DNA of 64,000 bases from Alphaproteobacteria bacterium. Its GTDB lineage: Bacteria; Pseudomonadota; Alphaproteobacteria; Micavibrionales; Micavibrionaceae. The notes under the pieces were generated by a model that saw nothing but the letters and a program-made list of their open reading frames with translations, made no database searches and was not told the DNA's origin. A program made the translations under genes and the position numbers. Numbering within the stretch: position 1 is the stretch's first letter; every line of letters begins with the position of its first letter. Below, one piece after another: positions 1 through 10,196 of this stretch. The stretch covers positions 12,871-76,870 of the forward strand of contig JAACPE010000003.1 in the NCBI GenBank assembly GCA_009995595.1, read 5' to 3'.

Positions 1-386
1 ATACGGTGAAAGCCGCCTGTGCGGATTGGGTAATGCGTAATAAGCTCATCGGTATAAACGCCAAGTGTGCTGCGCCAAGGCTCTAGCGCCGATTTGATTT
101 CATAGGGATGTAAAGGAAATTGCTCGAAAGAGATAAAATGGAGCTTTTGATCCACCCCCGCGCTTTGGTCGAATTCTTGCCACGCGCAGAGGAAATTCAG
201 CCCTGTGCCAAAGCCTGTCTCGGCAATGACGAAAGGCGTATTTATGGCCTTATTTTCCTTGGTATTTCCTTGCCATTTGGCGATAAGCTCATTACCCTGC
301 AAAAATACATGGCGTGTTTCAGCCAACCCATCATCGGCAGAAAAATAGATGTCGTCAAACTGGGTTGAAGTGGGCGCGCCTTTCAT
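1..386 (-). CDS. mnmC: tRNA 5-methylaminomethyl-2-thiouridine biosynthesis protein MnmC, N-terminal part (gene continues off the left edge)
   Basis: Hand translation of the minus strand from ATG (384..386) gives MKGAPTSTQFDDIYFSADDGLAETRHVFLQGNELIAKW...FVIAETGFGTGLNFLCAWQEF...LHFISFEQFP with no stop down to position 1. This matches the FDDVYFS / E(S/T)GFGTGLNF signature of the MnmC methyltransferase domain. It is absent from the ORF track because it is edge-truncated. Confidence 0.85.
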   Translation of the reverse strand, partial: MKGAPTSTQFDDIYFSADDGLAETRHVFLQGNELIAKWQGNTKENKAINTPFVIAETGFGTGLNFLCAWQEFDQSAGVDQKLHFISFEQFPLHPYEIKSALEPWRSTLGVYTDELITHYPIRTGGFHR

Positions 387-434
387 AAGTCAGACATAAA
401 ACATTTACGCAAAAAAAGATAGAGAGCTTATTCC

Positions 435-2486
435 ATGACCACGCAAAACCCGCTTTTGACCCCTTCCCCTTTGCCGCATAAGGCGCCGCCTTTTAAGGCG
501 ATTAAAGAAGAGCATTTCTTGCCTGCGATTAAAATTGCAATTGAAGAAGCGCGGAAAAATGTTGAGGGGATTAAGGCTGTAAGCGCGCCAGCAGATTTTG
601 ACAATACAATTCTTGCGCTTGAGATGTCATCAGAGACGCTGGGTACGATTACCTCTATTTTTTATAATCAATTATCGGCCTGTGGGACAGATGGGCTGGA
701 AAAATTAGCCGAGGAAATTGGGCCTTTGCAGGCAAATTTTTCTACCGATGTGGCGCTTGATGAGAATTTATTTGCGCGCGTCAAAGCCGTTTATGAGGCG
801 CGCGATAGCCTTGACCTGACTGTGGAGCAGATGACGTTGCTCGATGATACCTATAAAGGGTTTGTGCGCGGCGGGGCGTTATTGGTTGGTGATAAAAAAG
901 CACGCCTGCGTGAGATTAACGAAGAAATGAGCACTATCGGCCCTGCCTTTATGAACAATGCAAAAAAATCTGCCGAGGGATTTGCGCTTATTATCGATAA
1001 TGAAAAGGATTTATCTGGCATCCCTGAAAACGCGGTTAAGGCCGCCGCCCTTGAAGCCGAAGAGCGTGACATGGCGGGCAAGTGGGTCTTTACCCTTGAT
1101 TATCCAAGCTATGGGCCGTTTGCGACCTATGCTGATAACCGTGACTTGCGCGAAAAAATGTGGCGGGCGTTTTCAAACAAAGCCTATAAAGATGAATTTG
1201 ATAACAGTGATAATGTTTTAAAAATTGTGCGTCTTCGTGATGAGCGCGCGAAATTATTAGGCTATGACAGTCACGCTGATTTCGTGCTGGAGCGGCGCAT
1301 GGCAAGATCGCCGCAAAATGTCCTAAGTTTTTTAGAAAAACTATTAGTGGCATATAAGCCCGCGGCAGAAAAAGATTTATCTGATTTGCAAGAATTTGCC
1401 AAAATGCAAAATGGGCCAGAAAAATTAATGCCATGGGACGTTGCGTATTATGCCGAAAAAATGAAAGAAAGTTTGTTTAATTTTTCGAGCGAGGAACTAC
1501 GTCCCTATTTCCAGTTGGACAAGGTCTTAAACGGCGTGTTTGACCATTTCAGCAAGCTCTTTGGGTTAGAGTTTAAAGCCAATGCGGCCTATGACACATG
1601 GCATAAAGATGTGACGGCCTATGATGTCACCGAAAAAGAAAGCGGGAATTTTATTGGCGTGCTTTATGCCGATTTTTATCCGCGCACGGGGAAAAAATCG
1701 GGCGCATGGAAAACAAGTTATCGTAACCAAGGGCTTTATGAGAACAAGATGGAGCGCCCGATTGTGGCGATTGTCTGTAATTTTACCAAACCCAATAAAG
1801 ACACGCCAAGCTTGATAAGCTTTGATGAGGTGACAACCTTATTCCACGAGATGGGGCATGCTATTCATGCGTTGCTTTCTGATGTGACATATTCATCTCA
1901 TGCAGGCACGTCTGTGCTCTGGGATTTTGTGGAGTTGCCATCACAGGTGCAGGAAAATTGGGCGTATGAAAAAGAAACACTTGATCTGTTTGCCGCACAT
2001 TATAAAACAGGCGAGAAAATCCCTGCTGCGCTCATTGAAAAAGTCAATAATGCCAAAAACTTCATGGTGGCTATGGGCGGACTGCGCCAAGTGAGCTTAG
2101 GTCTGATGGATATGCGCTGGCATACGGCAAACCCCGCGGATATTAAAGACGTTGCGGCGTTTGAAGATGAGGCGACAAAAGATACGCGCCTATTCCCGCG
2201 CCTTGCTGGACCGATATCAACATCGTTTTCGCATATTTTTGCGGGCGGATATGCCGCCGGATATTATAGTTATAAATGGGCGGAAGTATTAGACGCCGAT
2301 ACGTTTGAGCTGTTTCAAGAAAAGGGTTTATACGACCAAGACACGGCAAATAAATATAAAGGCGAGATTTTATCGCGCGGGGGGAGTGAGCCGCCAGAGG
2401 TTTTATATAAGCGTTTTCGTGGCCGTGATGCCGACCCTGATGCGCTCTTACGCCGTGAGGGATTGTTAAAGGATAAGGCGGCTTAA
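435..2486 (+). CDS. dcp: M3-family peptidyl-dipeptidase (Dcp / oligopeptidase A-like)
   Basis: 683-aa ORF with the zinc HExxH motif in LFHEMGHAIHALL. Length and overall layout are typical of M3 Dcp. Confidence 0.85.
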   Translation: MTTQNPLLTPSPLPHKAPPFKAIKEEHFLPAIKIAIEEARKNVEGIKAVSAPADFDNTILALEMSSETLGTITSIFYNQLSACGTDGLEKLAEEIGPLQANFSTDVALDENLFARVKAVYEARDSLDLTVEQMTLLDDTYKGFVRGGALLVGDKKARLREINEEMSTIGPAFMNNAKKSAEGFALIIDNEKDLSGIPENAVKAAALEAEERDMAGKWVFTLDYPSYGPFATYADNRDLREKMWRAFSNKAYKDEFDNSDNVLKIVRLRDERAKLLGYDSHADFVLERRMARSPQNVLSFLEKLLVAYKPAAEKDLSDLQEFAKMQNGPEKLMPWDVAYYAEKMKESLFNFSSEELRPYFQLDKVLNGVFDHFSKLFGLEFKANAAYDTWHKDVTAYDVTEKESGNFIGVLYADFYPRTGKKSGAWKTSYRNQGLYENKMERPIVAIVCNFTKPNKDTPSLISFDEVTTLFHEMGHAIHALLSDVTYSSHAGTSVLWDFVELPSQVQENWAYEKETLDLFAAHYKTGEKIPAALIEKVNNAKNFMVAMGGLRQVSLGLMDMRWHTANPADIKDVAAFEDEATKDTRLFPRLAGPISTSFSHIFAGGYAAGYYSYKWAEVLDADTFELFQEKGLYDQDTANKYKGEILSRGGSEPPEVLYKRFRGRDADPDALLRREGLLKDKAA

Positions 2487-3415
2487 GCTATATTATCTAA
2501 AAACCATTGATATGTTTGTGAAAGCCCCTCCCCGAGAGGGGTTTTTGCGTTCCAGCCCAAAGCGTTTATTTTTGAGCAGTCTAAAACTTTACGCATCGTG
2601 CCATCGGGTTTTGAAGAGTCAAATTCTATAGCGCCCTCATAGCCGATGATCTGTTTAAGCATAAGGGCGAGATCATGGATCGTGACCTCTATGCCACTGC
2701 CAATATTGATTGTTAGCGGCGCGTTATAGTCTTTAAGGACATGAACTAAAGCCTGCGCCAAATCATCAACATAAAGAAATTCACGCAAAGGTTTTCCTGT
2801 TCCCCATAAAGTAACAACGGGGTTATTGTTTATTTTTGCCTGATGGATTTTAAGAATGAGTGCGGGGATCACGTGTGATTTATGGGGATCAAAATGATCA
2901 TACGGACCATAAAGATTAGTTGGCATTACAGAAATATAATCAAGGCCGTATTGTTGGTTATAATATTCACAAAGCTTGAGCCCCGCAATTTTGGCCAAGG
3001 CGTAACCTTCATTTGTTGGCTCTAACACCCCAGTTAAAAGAGCTTCTTCCGTCAGCGGTTGAGGGGCGTTTTTGGGATAAATGCAAGATGAACCAAGATA
3101 TAAAAGACGGCCAACCCCCGCTTGATATGCACCGTGAATAACGTTTTGTGCCATGGCGAGGTTTTCATGAAGAAAGCCCGCTTGGTCGGACGCATTGGCA
3201 CCTATACCGCCGACCTTGCCTGCCGCCATGATGATAATATCGGGTTGATGTGTCTTGAGCCAATCATAGGTCTGCGTCTGGTGTGTGAGATCAAGCGCGG
3301 CATGAGTGGCAGGAAGAATTTTGACGTTTTGCGCTTTTAACGCGCGGATAATTGCCCGCCCAACAATGCCTGTTTCCCCTGCCACAAATATTTTTTTATT
3401 GTCTAAGGAAAACAT
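2483..3415 (-). CDS. fcl: GDP-L-fucose synthase (GDP-4-keto-6-deoxymannose 3,5-epimerase/4-reductase)
   Basis: 310 aa with an N-terminal Rossmann motif (GETGIVG) and the extended-SDR YxxxK (YALAK). It starts 5 nt after the gmd stop. Confidence 0.9.
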   Translation of the reverse strand: MFSLDNKKIFVAGETGIVGRAIIRALKAQNVKILPATHAALDLTHQTQTYDWLKTHQPDIIIMAAGKVGGIGANASDQAGFLHENLAMAQNVIHGAYQAGVGRLLYLGSSCIYPKNAPQPLTEEALLTGVLEPTNEGYALAKIAGLKLCEYYNQQYGLDYISVMPTNLYGPYDHFDPHKSHVIPALILKIHQAKINNNPVVTLWGTGKPLREFLYVDDLAQALVHVLKDYNAPLTINIGSGIEVTIHDLALMLKQIIGYEGAIEFDSSKPDGTMRKVLDCSKINALGWNAKTPLGEGLSQTYQWFLDNIA

Positions 3416-3419
3416 ATAA

Positions 3420-4454
3420 TTATGTGCCGTATTTCATGGGCGCTGCATTTTGAACAATACGGTCAGCCTGTACCATTTCGGTGACAAGGTCATCAAAACT
3501 GTGACGCGGTGTCCAGTTTAAAAGATGTTTTGCTTTTGACGCATCACCGATGAGATTATGAATTTCTGTGGGGCGAAACAGCGCAGGATCAATATCAATT
3601 ATGGTTTGGCCAGTTTGCTTATTAATCCCTAGCTCGTTTAAGCCAGCGCCTTTCCAAATAATGTTAACACCAATAACAGCAAAGGCCTTGGCGAGGAAAT
3701 CGCGCACGCTATAGCTTTGCCCCGTTGCAAGAACGTAATCATCAGGCGTTTTTTGTTGGAGCATCGCCCATGCGCCGTGCATATAATCATGGGCGTGTCC
3801 CCAATCACGTTTAGCGTCAAGGTTGCCCAGCGAAACTCTATTGCGCAAGCCTGCTTCGATTTGACCGATGGCTTTCGTGATTTTGCGGGTGACGAATTCT
3901 TCGCCTCTAAGCGCGCTTTCATGGTTAAATAAAATACCGTTACTCGCATGCAAGCCATAGGCTTCGCGATATTGGCGCACCATCCAATAGGCATAGAGTT
4001 TTGATGCGCCGTACGGGCTACAGGGCTCAAACGGCGTTTGTTCACTTTGAGGGGCAGGGGCGCGGCCAAACATTTCGGAGCTTGATGCCTGATAAAACCG
4101 TATTTCTTTTTGTGCGTGCATCAGGCGCATGGCCTCTAAAATCCTGATCGGGCCGAGGCCGTTCACATTTGCGGTTAACTCTGGCATATCAAAACTGACA
4201 TGGACGTGGCTCATCCCTGCGAGGTTATATATTTCATCGGGTTTGATTGTTTCAAGAAGGCGTAAAATGGCACCGCCATCTGTGACATCACCATAATGCA
4301 GTGTGATATCAAGCCCTTCAACCCGCGCCGTATCAGGCACGGCAGAATAAGGGCGCATGCCGTGAACATGATAGTTTTTTTCAAGTAGAATTTGCGCTAG
4401 GACGGCGCCATCTTGGCCTGTTATCCCCGTAATCAACGCCGTTTTTTGAGCCAT
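3420..4454 (-). CDS. gmd: GDP-mannose 4,6-dehydratase
   Basis: 344 aa with ALITGITGQDG Rossmann motif and SPYGASKLYAYW (YxxxK). Very typical Gmd sequence. Confidence 0.95.
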   Translation of the reverse strand: MAQKTALITGITGQDGAVLAQILLEKNYHVHGMRPYSAVPDTARVEGLDITLHYGDVTDGGAILRLLETIKPDEIYNLAGMSHVHVSFDMPELTANVNGLGPIRILEAMRLMHAQKEIRFYQASSSEMFGRAPAPQSEQTPFEPCSPYGASKLYAYWMVRQYREAYGLHASNGILFNHESALRGEEFVTRKITKAIGQIEAGLRNRVSLGNLDAKRDWGHAHDYMHGAWAMLQQKTPDDYVLATGQSYSVRDFLAKAFAVIGVNIIWKGAGLNELGINKQTGQTIIDIDPALFRPTEIHNLIGDASKAKHLLNWTPRHSFDDLVTEMVQADRIVQNAAPMKYGT

Positions 4455-5347
4455 TAAAGTGCTTTCTTTTTTCTCTTGCGGATTAATCCTTTAAAAGGCC
4501 AAGCGAGCTGCGCGATGAAAGTTGGCGGCATTGATTCTGCAATACCAATATCGACAGGCGGCCTGCGCTTTTCATTAAACCATGTGCCAAAAACATGATC
4601 CCATAGCATGATATTTTCGCAATAGTTTTTATTGCCTTCGCGTAAATCACGGCTGTGATGCCAGCGGTGAAGCTCTGGCGTATTGAACACATAGGAAATC
4701 CAGCCAAAACGCATGGTGACGTTGCAATGAGTGAGCATACCAATAAACGCGGTAAGGGCGGAAAGCCATGTAATCACCTCCATGGGCGCGCCAAGAATGA
4801 GCAAGATTGATACGCCAAGCACTATACTAAAAAGAGAGTCGATAAAGTGAAAGCGCCCTGTATTGATAATCCAAAGGCGCGTCACACTATGATGCACGGC
4901 GTGAAAACGCCAAAGTGGGTAATATTCGTGGCTTAAACGGTGTGCCCAATACAAGCCAAATTCTGCCAAGGTAACGCCCATGATCACCTGAATGATAAGC
5001 GGCCAGTCGCGCGGCCAGAGGCCGAACCCATCACTGGTCATTGAGGTGATGATCGCACTTACCCCAACCACACCGCCAAAGATCATAAGCCCCTGCACCA
5101 CGCCCTTACTGGTCAGTGTGTGGGCGATGTTGGCGAAAGTCTGATGATCGTTTTCCAGCCATTTTTTCTCATGCGGCATATATTTTTCAAGGAAAAAAAG
5201 GCTCAGCGCGAGAGTGAGATAAGCAATGTTAAAGCCAATAATAGGATGCCCAGCGACAAAGCCAAAATGGGTTATAACAACACATAAGCAGAGCAAAAAC
5301 GGCCACGCAACCCATGAAAGAGTATGTTTTATGTCTATTGATTCCAT
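4454..5347 (-). CDS. Fatty acid hydroxylase / sterol desaturase family membrane protein
   Basis: 297 aa with several hydrophobic segments and three histidine boxes (HRLSH, HAVHH, HRWHH). Its TAA stop overlaps the gmd ATG by 1 nt (TAATG). Confidence 0.8.
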   Translation of the reverse strand: MESIDIKHTLSWVAWPFLLCLCVVITHFGFVAGHPIIGFNIAYLTLALSLFFLEKYMPHEKKWLENDHQTFANIAHTLTSKGVVQGLMIFGGVVGVSAIITSMTSDGFGLWPRDWPLIIQVIMGVTLAEFGLYWAHRLSHEYYPLWRFHAVHHSVTRLWIINTGRFHFIDSLFSIVLGVSILLILGAPMEVITWLSALTAFIGMLTHCNVTMRFGWISYVFNTPELHRWHHSRDLREGNKNYCENIMLWDHVFGTWFNEKRRPPVDIGIAESMPPTFIAQLAWPFKGLIRKRKKKAL

Positions 5348-5584
5348 TCAATCTGTTTTTTATCTGAATTTTTGTTTATATCCATTCTTAACACTATTCA
5401 GGGGACTTGAAAATACGCGAGCGTGCCACTATGTTAATAAAGTCTAGTTTATCTTTATTTTCTGCTGTTAAGCATAGGATCGCTTCTCATCAGTGTTTTA
5501 CATCACGCCGTTTTTTTGGCGTGGGTTTAGTGCATGTTGAGTTTTCTATACCCTCACTCTTGTTAAGGTTTTGAATTAAAAGCG

Positions 5585-6151
5585 ATGGACACGCGTATCA
5601 ATAATACTCTACTCGCCAGTTTATTGGCTTCCAACACTTCTGGAACGACGCCTAATCAGGCGGGTAATAATTCGGCTAATCAAAATGCAAATAAAGAGCG
5701 CCGCGCCAATGCCGCGCCGCAGGATTTGGTTGCTTTATCCAATGCCGGAGCGCCCGCCAATATACAAATACCGCGCACGCGCCTGATTGCCGAGACAACC
5801 GATCAATTAGAAAATGGATATCGCCGCACGCAGCAATTTGAAAATAGTGAGAGGCGTCAATTTACCCGCATCGAAGAATTTACAAGTCAGGGCAATCGGG
5901 CAACACGGAGTGTTGTTGAACAAAATGCATCGGGCAGTACAACATTATTGGAAGATGTTTTTGATCGGCGCGGCGATGGCTCTTTTCGCCTGACGCAACG
6001 TTTCACAAATGAAATTGGCGAAACGGTGGTGAATATTGACCCCAATGCAAACCCGCGCAATGCCGATATTGTTTTAGGGCGCGCGCCGCGCACCGATTCT
6101 CCACCTGCCAATATATCATTGCGCGGGACTGAGCTTAATTTGCTTACTTAG
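5585..6151 (+). CDS. Hypothetical protein with an Asn/Ala/Thr-rich N-terminus
   Basis: 188-aa ORF in an otherwise empty gap. I recognise no motif, so this is called from ORF length and context only. Confidence 0.45.
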   Translation: MDTRINNTLLASLLASNTSGTTPNQAGNNSANQNANKERRANAAPQDLVALSNAGAPANIQIPRTRLIAETTDQLENGYRRTQQFENSERRQFTRIEEFTSQGNRATRSVVEQNASGSTTLLEDVFDRRGDGSFRLTQRFTNEIGETVVNIDPNANPRNADIVLGRAPRTDSPPANISLRGTELNLLT

Positions 6152-6159
6152 AAAAAGGA

Positions 6160-7083
6160 TTAAAAAAGCTCCAGCAACATACAGCGTGCAGAGCCACCGC
6201 CATATTTTTCGATTGTTGGAATATCAGGCGTAATCACTGTTTTGTAATATTTTCTGATTTTTTCAATTTGCTCCTGATTGAGAGCATTAAAACCAGAGGC
6301 GGACATCACCAGCATTTCTTGTGCTTTTTTACCATCAGGGTATCCAATTACCTGAAGGGAGTTCCCGCAGAAATGTTCCATTTGTTCGTTGGTAAATTCA
6401 ATAACGTCATGCGTTTGCGTGAGCTTGGCAATGACATCACGGGTTTCAAGACATTCAGAACATATCCCCGCAAGCTCTGTCCCGATCCACATCACAACAT
6501 CGGTATGATAGACGGGTTTGCCGCGGTGCATTGTATCAAAAGGCACGTGTTCAAAGCCATTCATCTTGCACCACATTTTGGCAAGGTCGTCATGGCTGCG
6601 CTCTGATCTTGCGTGGTAGGCGATACGGTTGACGCGGTCTAAACACAGCGCCCCTGTGCTTTCCAGATATTTATGATGTTGCTCATGGAGTGAGAAATCT
6701 TGCACGTCTTTGTAGCTGCGCTTTAGAAATTCGATGAGATCGGCGCGGCGTTCAAGCTGACGGTTGGGCGCAAGCATCGGATAAAGCACCATACGCGGTT
6801 TGCCCGTTTCGGTCATATGAGTGGACACCCAGTTATTACAGAAAATATCATCCGGGCTATCGGGAACGCCTTTCACGGTTGTGATGATCACGCCTTTTTC
6901 AGCCAGCATGTCGCGAAACGTCCTAAACTCCATAACGGCTTTTTGATGGATTGTGCGTGTATCGGCATCATCTTCGTGCTGATATGAATTTGTCGGCATG
7001 GTTTGTGGGTTGGCATGAAAGAGCCCTGGCTCCATCACCATTATATGATTGGTTGATTGTTTGTTTTTAGCCGTACCAGACAT
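6160..7083 (-). CDS. Guanidino-group-modifying enzyme superfamily protein (arginine deiminase / amidinotransferase-related)
   Basis: The C-terminal GGGSARCM catalytic-Cys motif is typical of this superfamily. I place the start at ATG 7083 (MSGTAKNK...), 6 nt after an AAGGA Shine-Dalgarno, rather than at the ORF-track start 7125. Confidence 0.65.
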   Translation of the reverse strand: MSGTAKNKQSTNHIMVMEPGLFHANPQTMPTNSYQHEDDADTRTIHQKAVMEFRTFRDMLAEKGVIITTVKGVPDSPDDIFCNNWVSTHMTETGKPRMVLYPMLAPNRQLERRADLIEFLKRSYKDVQDFSLHEQHHKYLESTGALCLDRVNRIAYHARSERSHDDLAKMWCKMNGFEHVPFDTMHRGKPVYHTDVVMWIGTELAGICSECLETRDVIAKLTQTHDVIEFTNEQMEHFCGNSLQVIGYPDGKKAQEMLVMSASGFNALNQEQIEKIRKYYKTVITPDIPTIEKYGGGSARCMLLELF

Positions 7084-7247
7084 TATTATTCCTTTTAATT
7101 GCGTAAAATTGCTCATGAACCACAAGAGTTGACTTTAGCACTTGACGGGGGATGATATTCCGTGCGAAAGCACTGCGAACAGTGTACCTTGGAATGAACA
7201 AGAGTTCACTTATTTTATTAAATCTTTTGCGTTGAATTGACCCCATA

Positions 7248-8519
7248 ATGATTAATATCCTAAACAAATCGTGGCCACTCTTTTTTGGCCTTGCGCTTAT
7301 CATGATTGGCAATGGTTTGCAGGGCACATTGTTGGGTGTGCGGGCGTCGATAGAAGATTTCAACACGGCGGCGACCGGTTTTATGATGTCGCTTTATTAT
7401 GTGGGGTTTGTCGGTGGCTCTTACCTTGTGCCCAAAATGGTCAGCCGCGTCGGACATATTCGTGTGTTTACGGCGCTGGCTTCGCTGGCTTCGACCATGG
7501 TTTTGCTCCACGGGCTTTTTGTTGATGTGAATCTATGGATTATTATTCGTATGCTCACAGGGTTTAGTTATGCGGGTTTGTTTATTGTTGTTGAAAGCTG
7601 GCTGAATGATACATCGACCAATAAAACACGCGGCAAGATTTTATCTATCTATCAAGTGATTACCTATGGCGGTCTTGTTGCGGGACAGTTTTTGCTCACC
7701 GTTGCTGATCCGTCTGGTATTACTCTTTTTGTGCTGACGTCTATTTTGGTGTCAGTGGCGTTATTGCCAATATCATTAAGCTCACGCCCTGCGCCAGCCT
7801 TTGCCGAACCTGAAACCATATCGCTCAAAACATTGCTTGATCGCTCCCCCCTTGGAATTGTGGGCGCGTTTGGAAGCGGGCTTGGTGCGAGTATTTTATT
7901 CAGTCTGGGCGCGGTCTATGCCGCCGAGATTGGATTGTCTTTGGCGCAAATCTCAACATTCATGGCGGCCTATATGATTGGCGGGGTTGCCTTCCAAATC
8001 CCGATTGGCTGGTTGTCGGATAAATATGACCGTCGCAAGATTATTATTGGCATTTGCTTTTTGGCCTTTTTATCAGCGATTAGCTGTTATTTCGCGGCGG
8101 GATCTTCGGCGATATTTTATATCTCCTTTTTCTGCCTTGGTGGTATGAGCCTTTCAATTTATGGGCAATGTTTGGCGCATATGAACGATCATATTTCTGA
8201 AAAACAATATGTTGCGGCGGGATCAACGCTTATTTTTGTTAACGGTGTCGGCTCGGCGATTGGCCCGTTTGCGATTTCGCTGTTTATGAGCAAAATAGGC
8301 ATTAATGTTTTCTTCCCCATTATTGCGCTTATTTTTGGTGGTTTATTTGCCTATGGGGTTTATCGCACAAGCCGCCGCCCCCCTGTGCCGCTGGATCAGC
8401 AAACAGATTCTATTACGATGCCGGCCCGATCAACGCCGTTTGTCATGAATATCATGGAAGAAAGCGCGCCGACCATGAAAGACATGAACTCAAAGGACTC
8501 GCCTGAAAAAAATCGTTAG
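7248..8519 (+). CDS. MFS transporter
   Basis: 423 aa with about 12 hydrophobic helices and an MFS loop motif (LSDKYDRRK). Confidence 0.85.
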   Translation: MINILNKSWPLFFGLALIMIGNGLQGTLLGVRASIEDFNTAATGFMMSLYYVGFVGGSYLVPKMVSRVGHIRVFTALASLASTMVLLHGLFVDVNLWIIIRMLTGFSYAGLFIVVESWLNDTSTNKTRGKILSIYQVITYGGLVAGQFLLTVADPSGITLFVLTSILVSVALLPISLSSRPAPAFAEPETISLKTLLDRSPLGIVGAFGSGLGASILFSLGAVYAAEIGLSLAQISTFMAAYMIGGVAFQIPIGWLSDKYDRRKIIIGICFLAFLSAISCYFAAGSSAIFYISFFCLGGMSLSIYGQCLAHMNDHISEKQYVAAGSTLIFVNGVGSAIGPFAISLFMSKIGINVFFPIIALIFGGLFAYGVYRTSRRPPVPLDQQTDSITMPARSTPFVMNIMEESAPTMKDMNSKDSPEKNR

Positions 8520-8671
8520 TTTTTTGCGCGGCGGCATTTTTCAGAGCAATAAAGCACACTATCCCAATTCTTTTCCCATTTTTTTCGCCATGTGAAGGGC
8601 AGACTACAAACGGGGCAAGTTTTTGAGGGCAAGGCGCCTTTTTGAATAATTTTTCCTTTAGACGATTTCAT
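8516..8671 (-). CDS. DUF2256-type small zinc-ribbon protein (51 aa, below the ORF-track cutoff)
   Basis: Hand translation gives [51 protein letters not shown]. The pattern CxxC...FxWRKKW...W..V.YCSxxCR is the DUF2256 signature as I recall it. The ATG overlaps the photolyase stop (aATGAAATCGTCTAA). Confidence 0.7.
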   Translation of the reverse strand: MKSSKGKIIQKGALPSKTCPVCSLPFTWRKKWEKNWDSVLYCSEKCRRAKN

Positions 8672-10196
8672 TGTTTTCTATCGCCTTAAAAAAGCGTTGT
8701 GCGTCACTTTTTATGGCGGTGATTTTATCATCATCCATTTTGGCCAAAGTGCGATAACCCATACCGATACGCGGATTATTGGATAGTTGATCTTCGTTAC
8801 GCAAAAAGAAGTCCCAATACAGATAATTAAACGGGCAGGCTTGAGGGCCATTTTTCTTGGTCACAGAATATTTACACCCCTTGCAGTAATCAGACATTTT
8901 GTTGATGTAAGCGCCGCTTGCGGCGTAAGGCTTACTGGCAAGATAGCCGCCATCCGCATACAGAATCATGCCGCTCACATTGGGAAGCTCTACCCATTCA
9001 TAGGCATCAGCATAGACAATCAAATACCATTCATTCACATATTTGGGATCAATCCCAGCGATGAGGGCAAAATTACCGAGCACCATGAGGCGCTGTATAT
9101 GATGGGCATAGGCATTTTCTTTTGTCTCTTTAATGCATTGTTTAAGGCAGTTCATATGCGTTGGCGCGCCCCAGAAAAAGTTAGGGAGTTTGCGCTTTGC
9201 CTCAAGAAAATTTTCCTGCGCATAGTCAGGCATTTTCATCCAATAAATACCGCGGATATATTCGCGCCAGCCCATAATTTGGCGGATAAACCCTTCGGTA
9301 GCGTTCAATGGCGCTTTGCCCTTTTTATAAGCATCTTGCGCTTTTTGAATACATTCTAAGGGTTTAAGCAGGCCACAATTCAGATAAAAACTGATATGGG
9401 CATGGAACATCCATGGCTCGCCCTCGACCATCGCATCTTGGTAATCGCCAAATTTTTGCAAGCGCTCGGTGATAAATTTATCAAGAGCATGGAGCGCCTG
9501 ATCGCGAGTGACGGCAAAATAAAAAGGCTCAAGATCGCCAAAGTGATTACCAAATCGCGTGGCGACTAAATCTATGACCTCGCGCGTGATGTCATCAATT
9601 TGGGCGGTATAGGTGGGAGGCACAAGCAACCCCTCTTTAGGGGGTTTGCGATTTTCGCTATCATAATTCCACTCCCCGCCTTCAGGTTTGTCGCCGTCCA
9701 TCAGGATGTTGTAATCGCGGCGCATGTCACGATAGAAAAACTCCATCCGAAGGCTTTTGCGCCCCTGCGCCCATTGTTCAAATTTTTCTGGAGTGCAAAG
9801 AAAGCGGTTATCTTCGCGGATATCAACGGGGATTTCAAACGCAGATTCCCATTTAATCATATCTTGTAAAACGCGATATTCGCCAGGGAAAGTAACAATA
9901 ATCTCATCGGGTTTATATGCCTTTATCGCGCGCTCTATTTCACCCCTAAAAGACCCAGTGTTTTTTTCATCATCAAGTTTCGTGTAATGAACGCTGTAGC
10001 CTTTATCTTGTAACTCCGCCGCAAAATGGCGCATGGCGGAAAAGAGGAAAGCGATTTTTTTTTTGTGGTGATGGACATAGGTGGCCTCATCCCAAACCTC
10101 TACCATCAGAATAATATCATTGTCTTTATCGCACCCTTTAAGCGCCGCGATATCGTGGCTGAGTTGATCGCCAAGGATAAGTCGCAAAGTGGTCAT
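8658..10196 (-). CDS. FeS-BCP class cryptochrome / (6-4) photolyase family protein (CryB/PhrB-like)
   Basis: 512 aa. The C-terminal segment [28 protein letters not shown] (C-x2-C-x12-C) plus an upstream Cys is typical of the 4Fe-4S photolyase-related family. Confidence 0.88.
   Translation of the reverse strand: MTTLRLILGDQLSHDIAALKGCDKDNDIILMVEVWDEATYVHHHKKKIAFLFSAMRHFAAELQDKGYSVHYTKLDDEKNTGSFRGEIERAIKAYKPDEIIVTFPGEYRVLQDMIKWESAFEIPVDIREDNRFLCTPEKFEQWAQGRKSLRMEFFYRDMRRDYNILMDGDKPEGGEWNYDSENRKPPKEGLLVPPTYTAQIDDITREVIDLVATRFGNHFGDLEPFYFAVTRDQALHALDKFITERLQKFGDYQDAMVEGEPWMFHAHISFYLNCGLLKPLECIQKAQDAYKKGKAPLNATEGFIRQIMGWREYIRGIYWMKMPDYAQENFLEAKRKLPNFFWGAPTHMNCLKQCIKETKENAYAHHIQRLMVLGNFALIAGIDPKYVNEWYLIVYADAYEWVELPNVSGMILYADGGYLASKPYAASGAYINKMSDYCKGCKYSVTKKNGPQACPFNYLYWDFFLRNEDQLSNNPRIGMGYRTLAKMDDDKITAIKSDAQRFFKAIENNEIV

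Noticed and set aside
120-368. 82-aa plus-strand ORF at the left edge
   Set aside because: It lies entirely antisense to the clearly recognisable mnmC N-terminal coding sequence (minus strand, 1..386) and has no motif of its own.
5504-5523. Hairpin CACGCC-GTTTTTTT-GGCGTG upstream of the 5585 gene
   Set aside because: The T-run lies in the loop and not after the stem, and no gene ends upstream on either strand. It is therefore not a convincing terminator. It may be incidental or a 5'-UTR structure.
5585-6151. Possible FlgM-like anti-sigma factor (segment QDLVALSNAG)
   Set aside because: It rests only on a short resemblance to the FlgM D-x-V-x-LS motif. The protein is twice the usual length and the rest does not fit.
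8787-9359. 190-aa plus-strand ORF inside the photolyase-family gene (also 9600..9869, 9757..9987, 10026..10223)
   Set aside because: It is antisense to the 512-aa FeS-BCP gene, which is supported by clear motifs.
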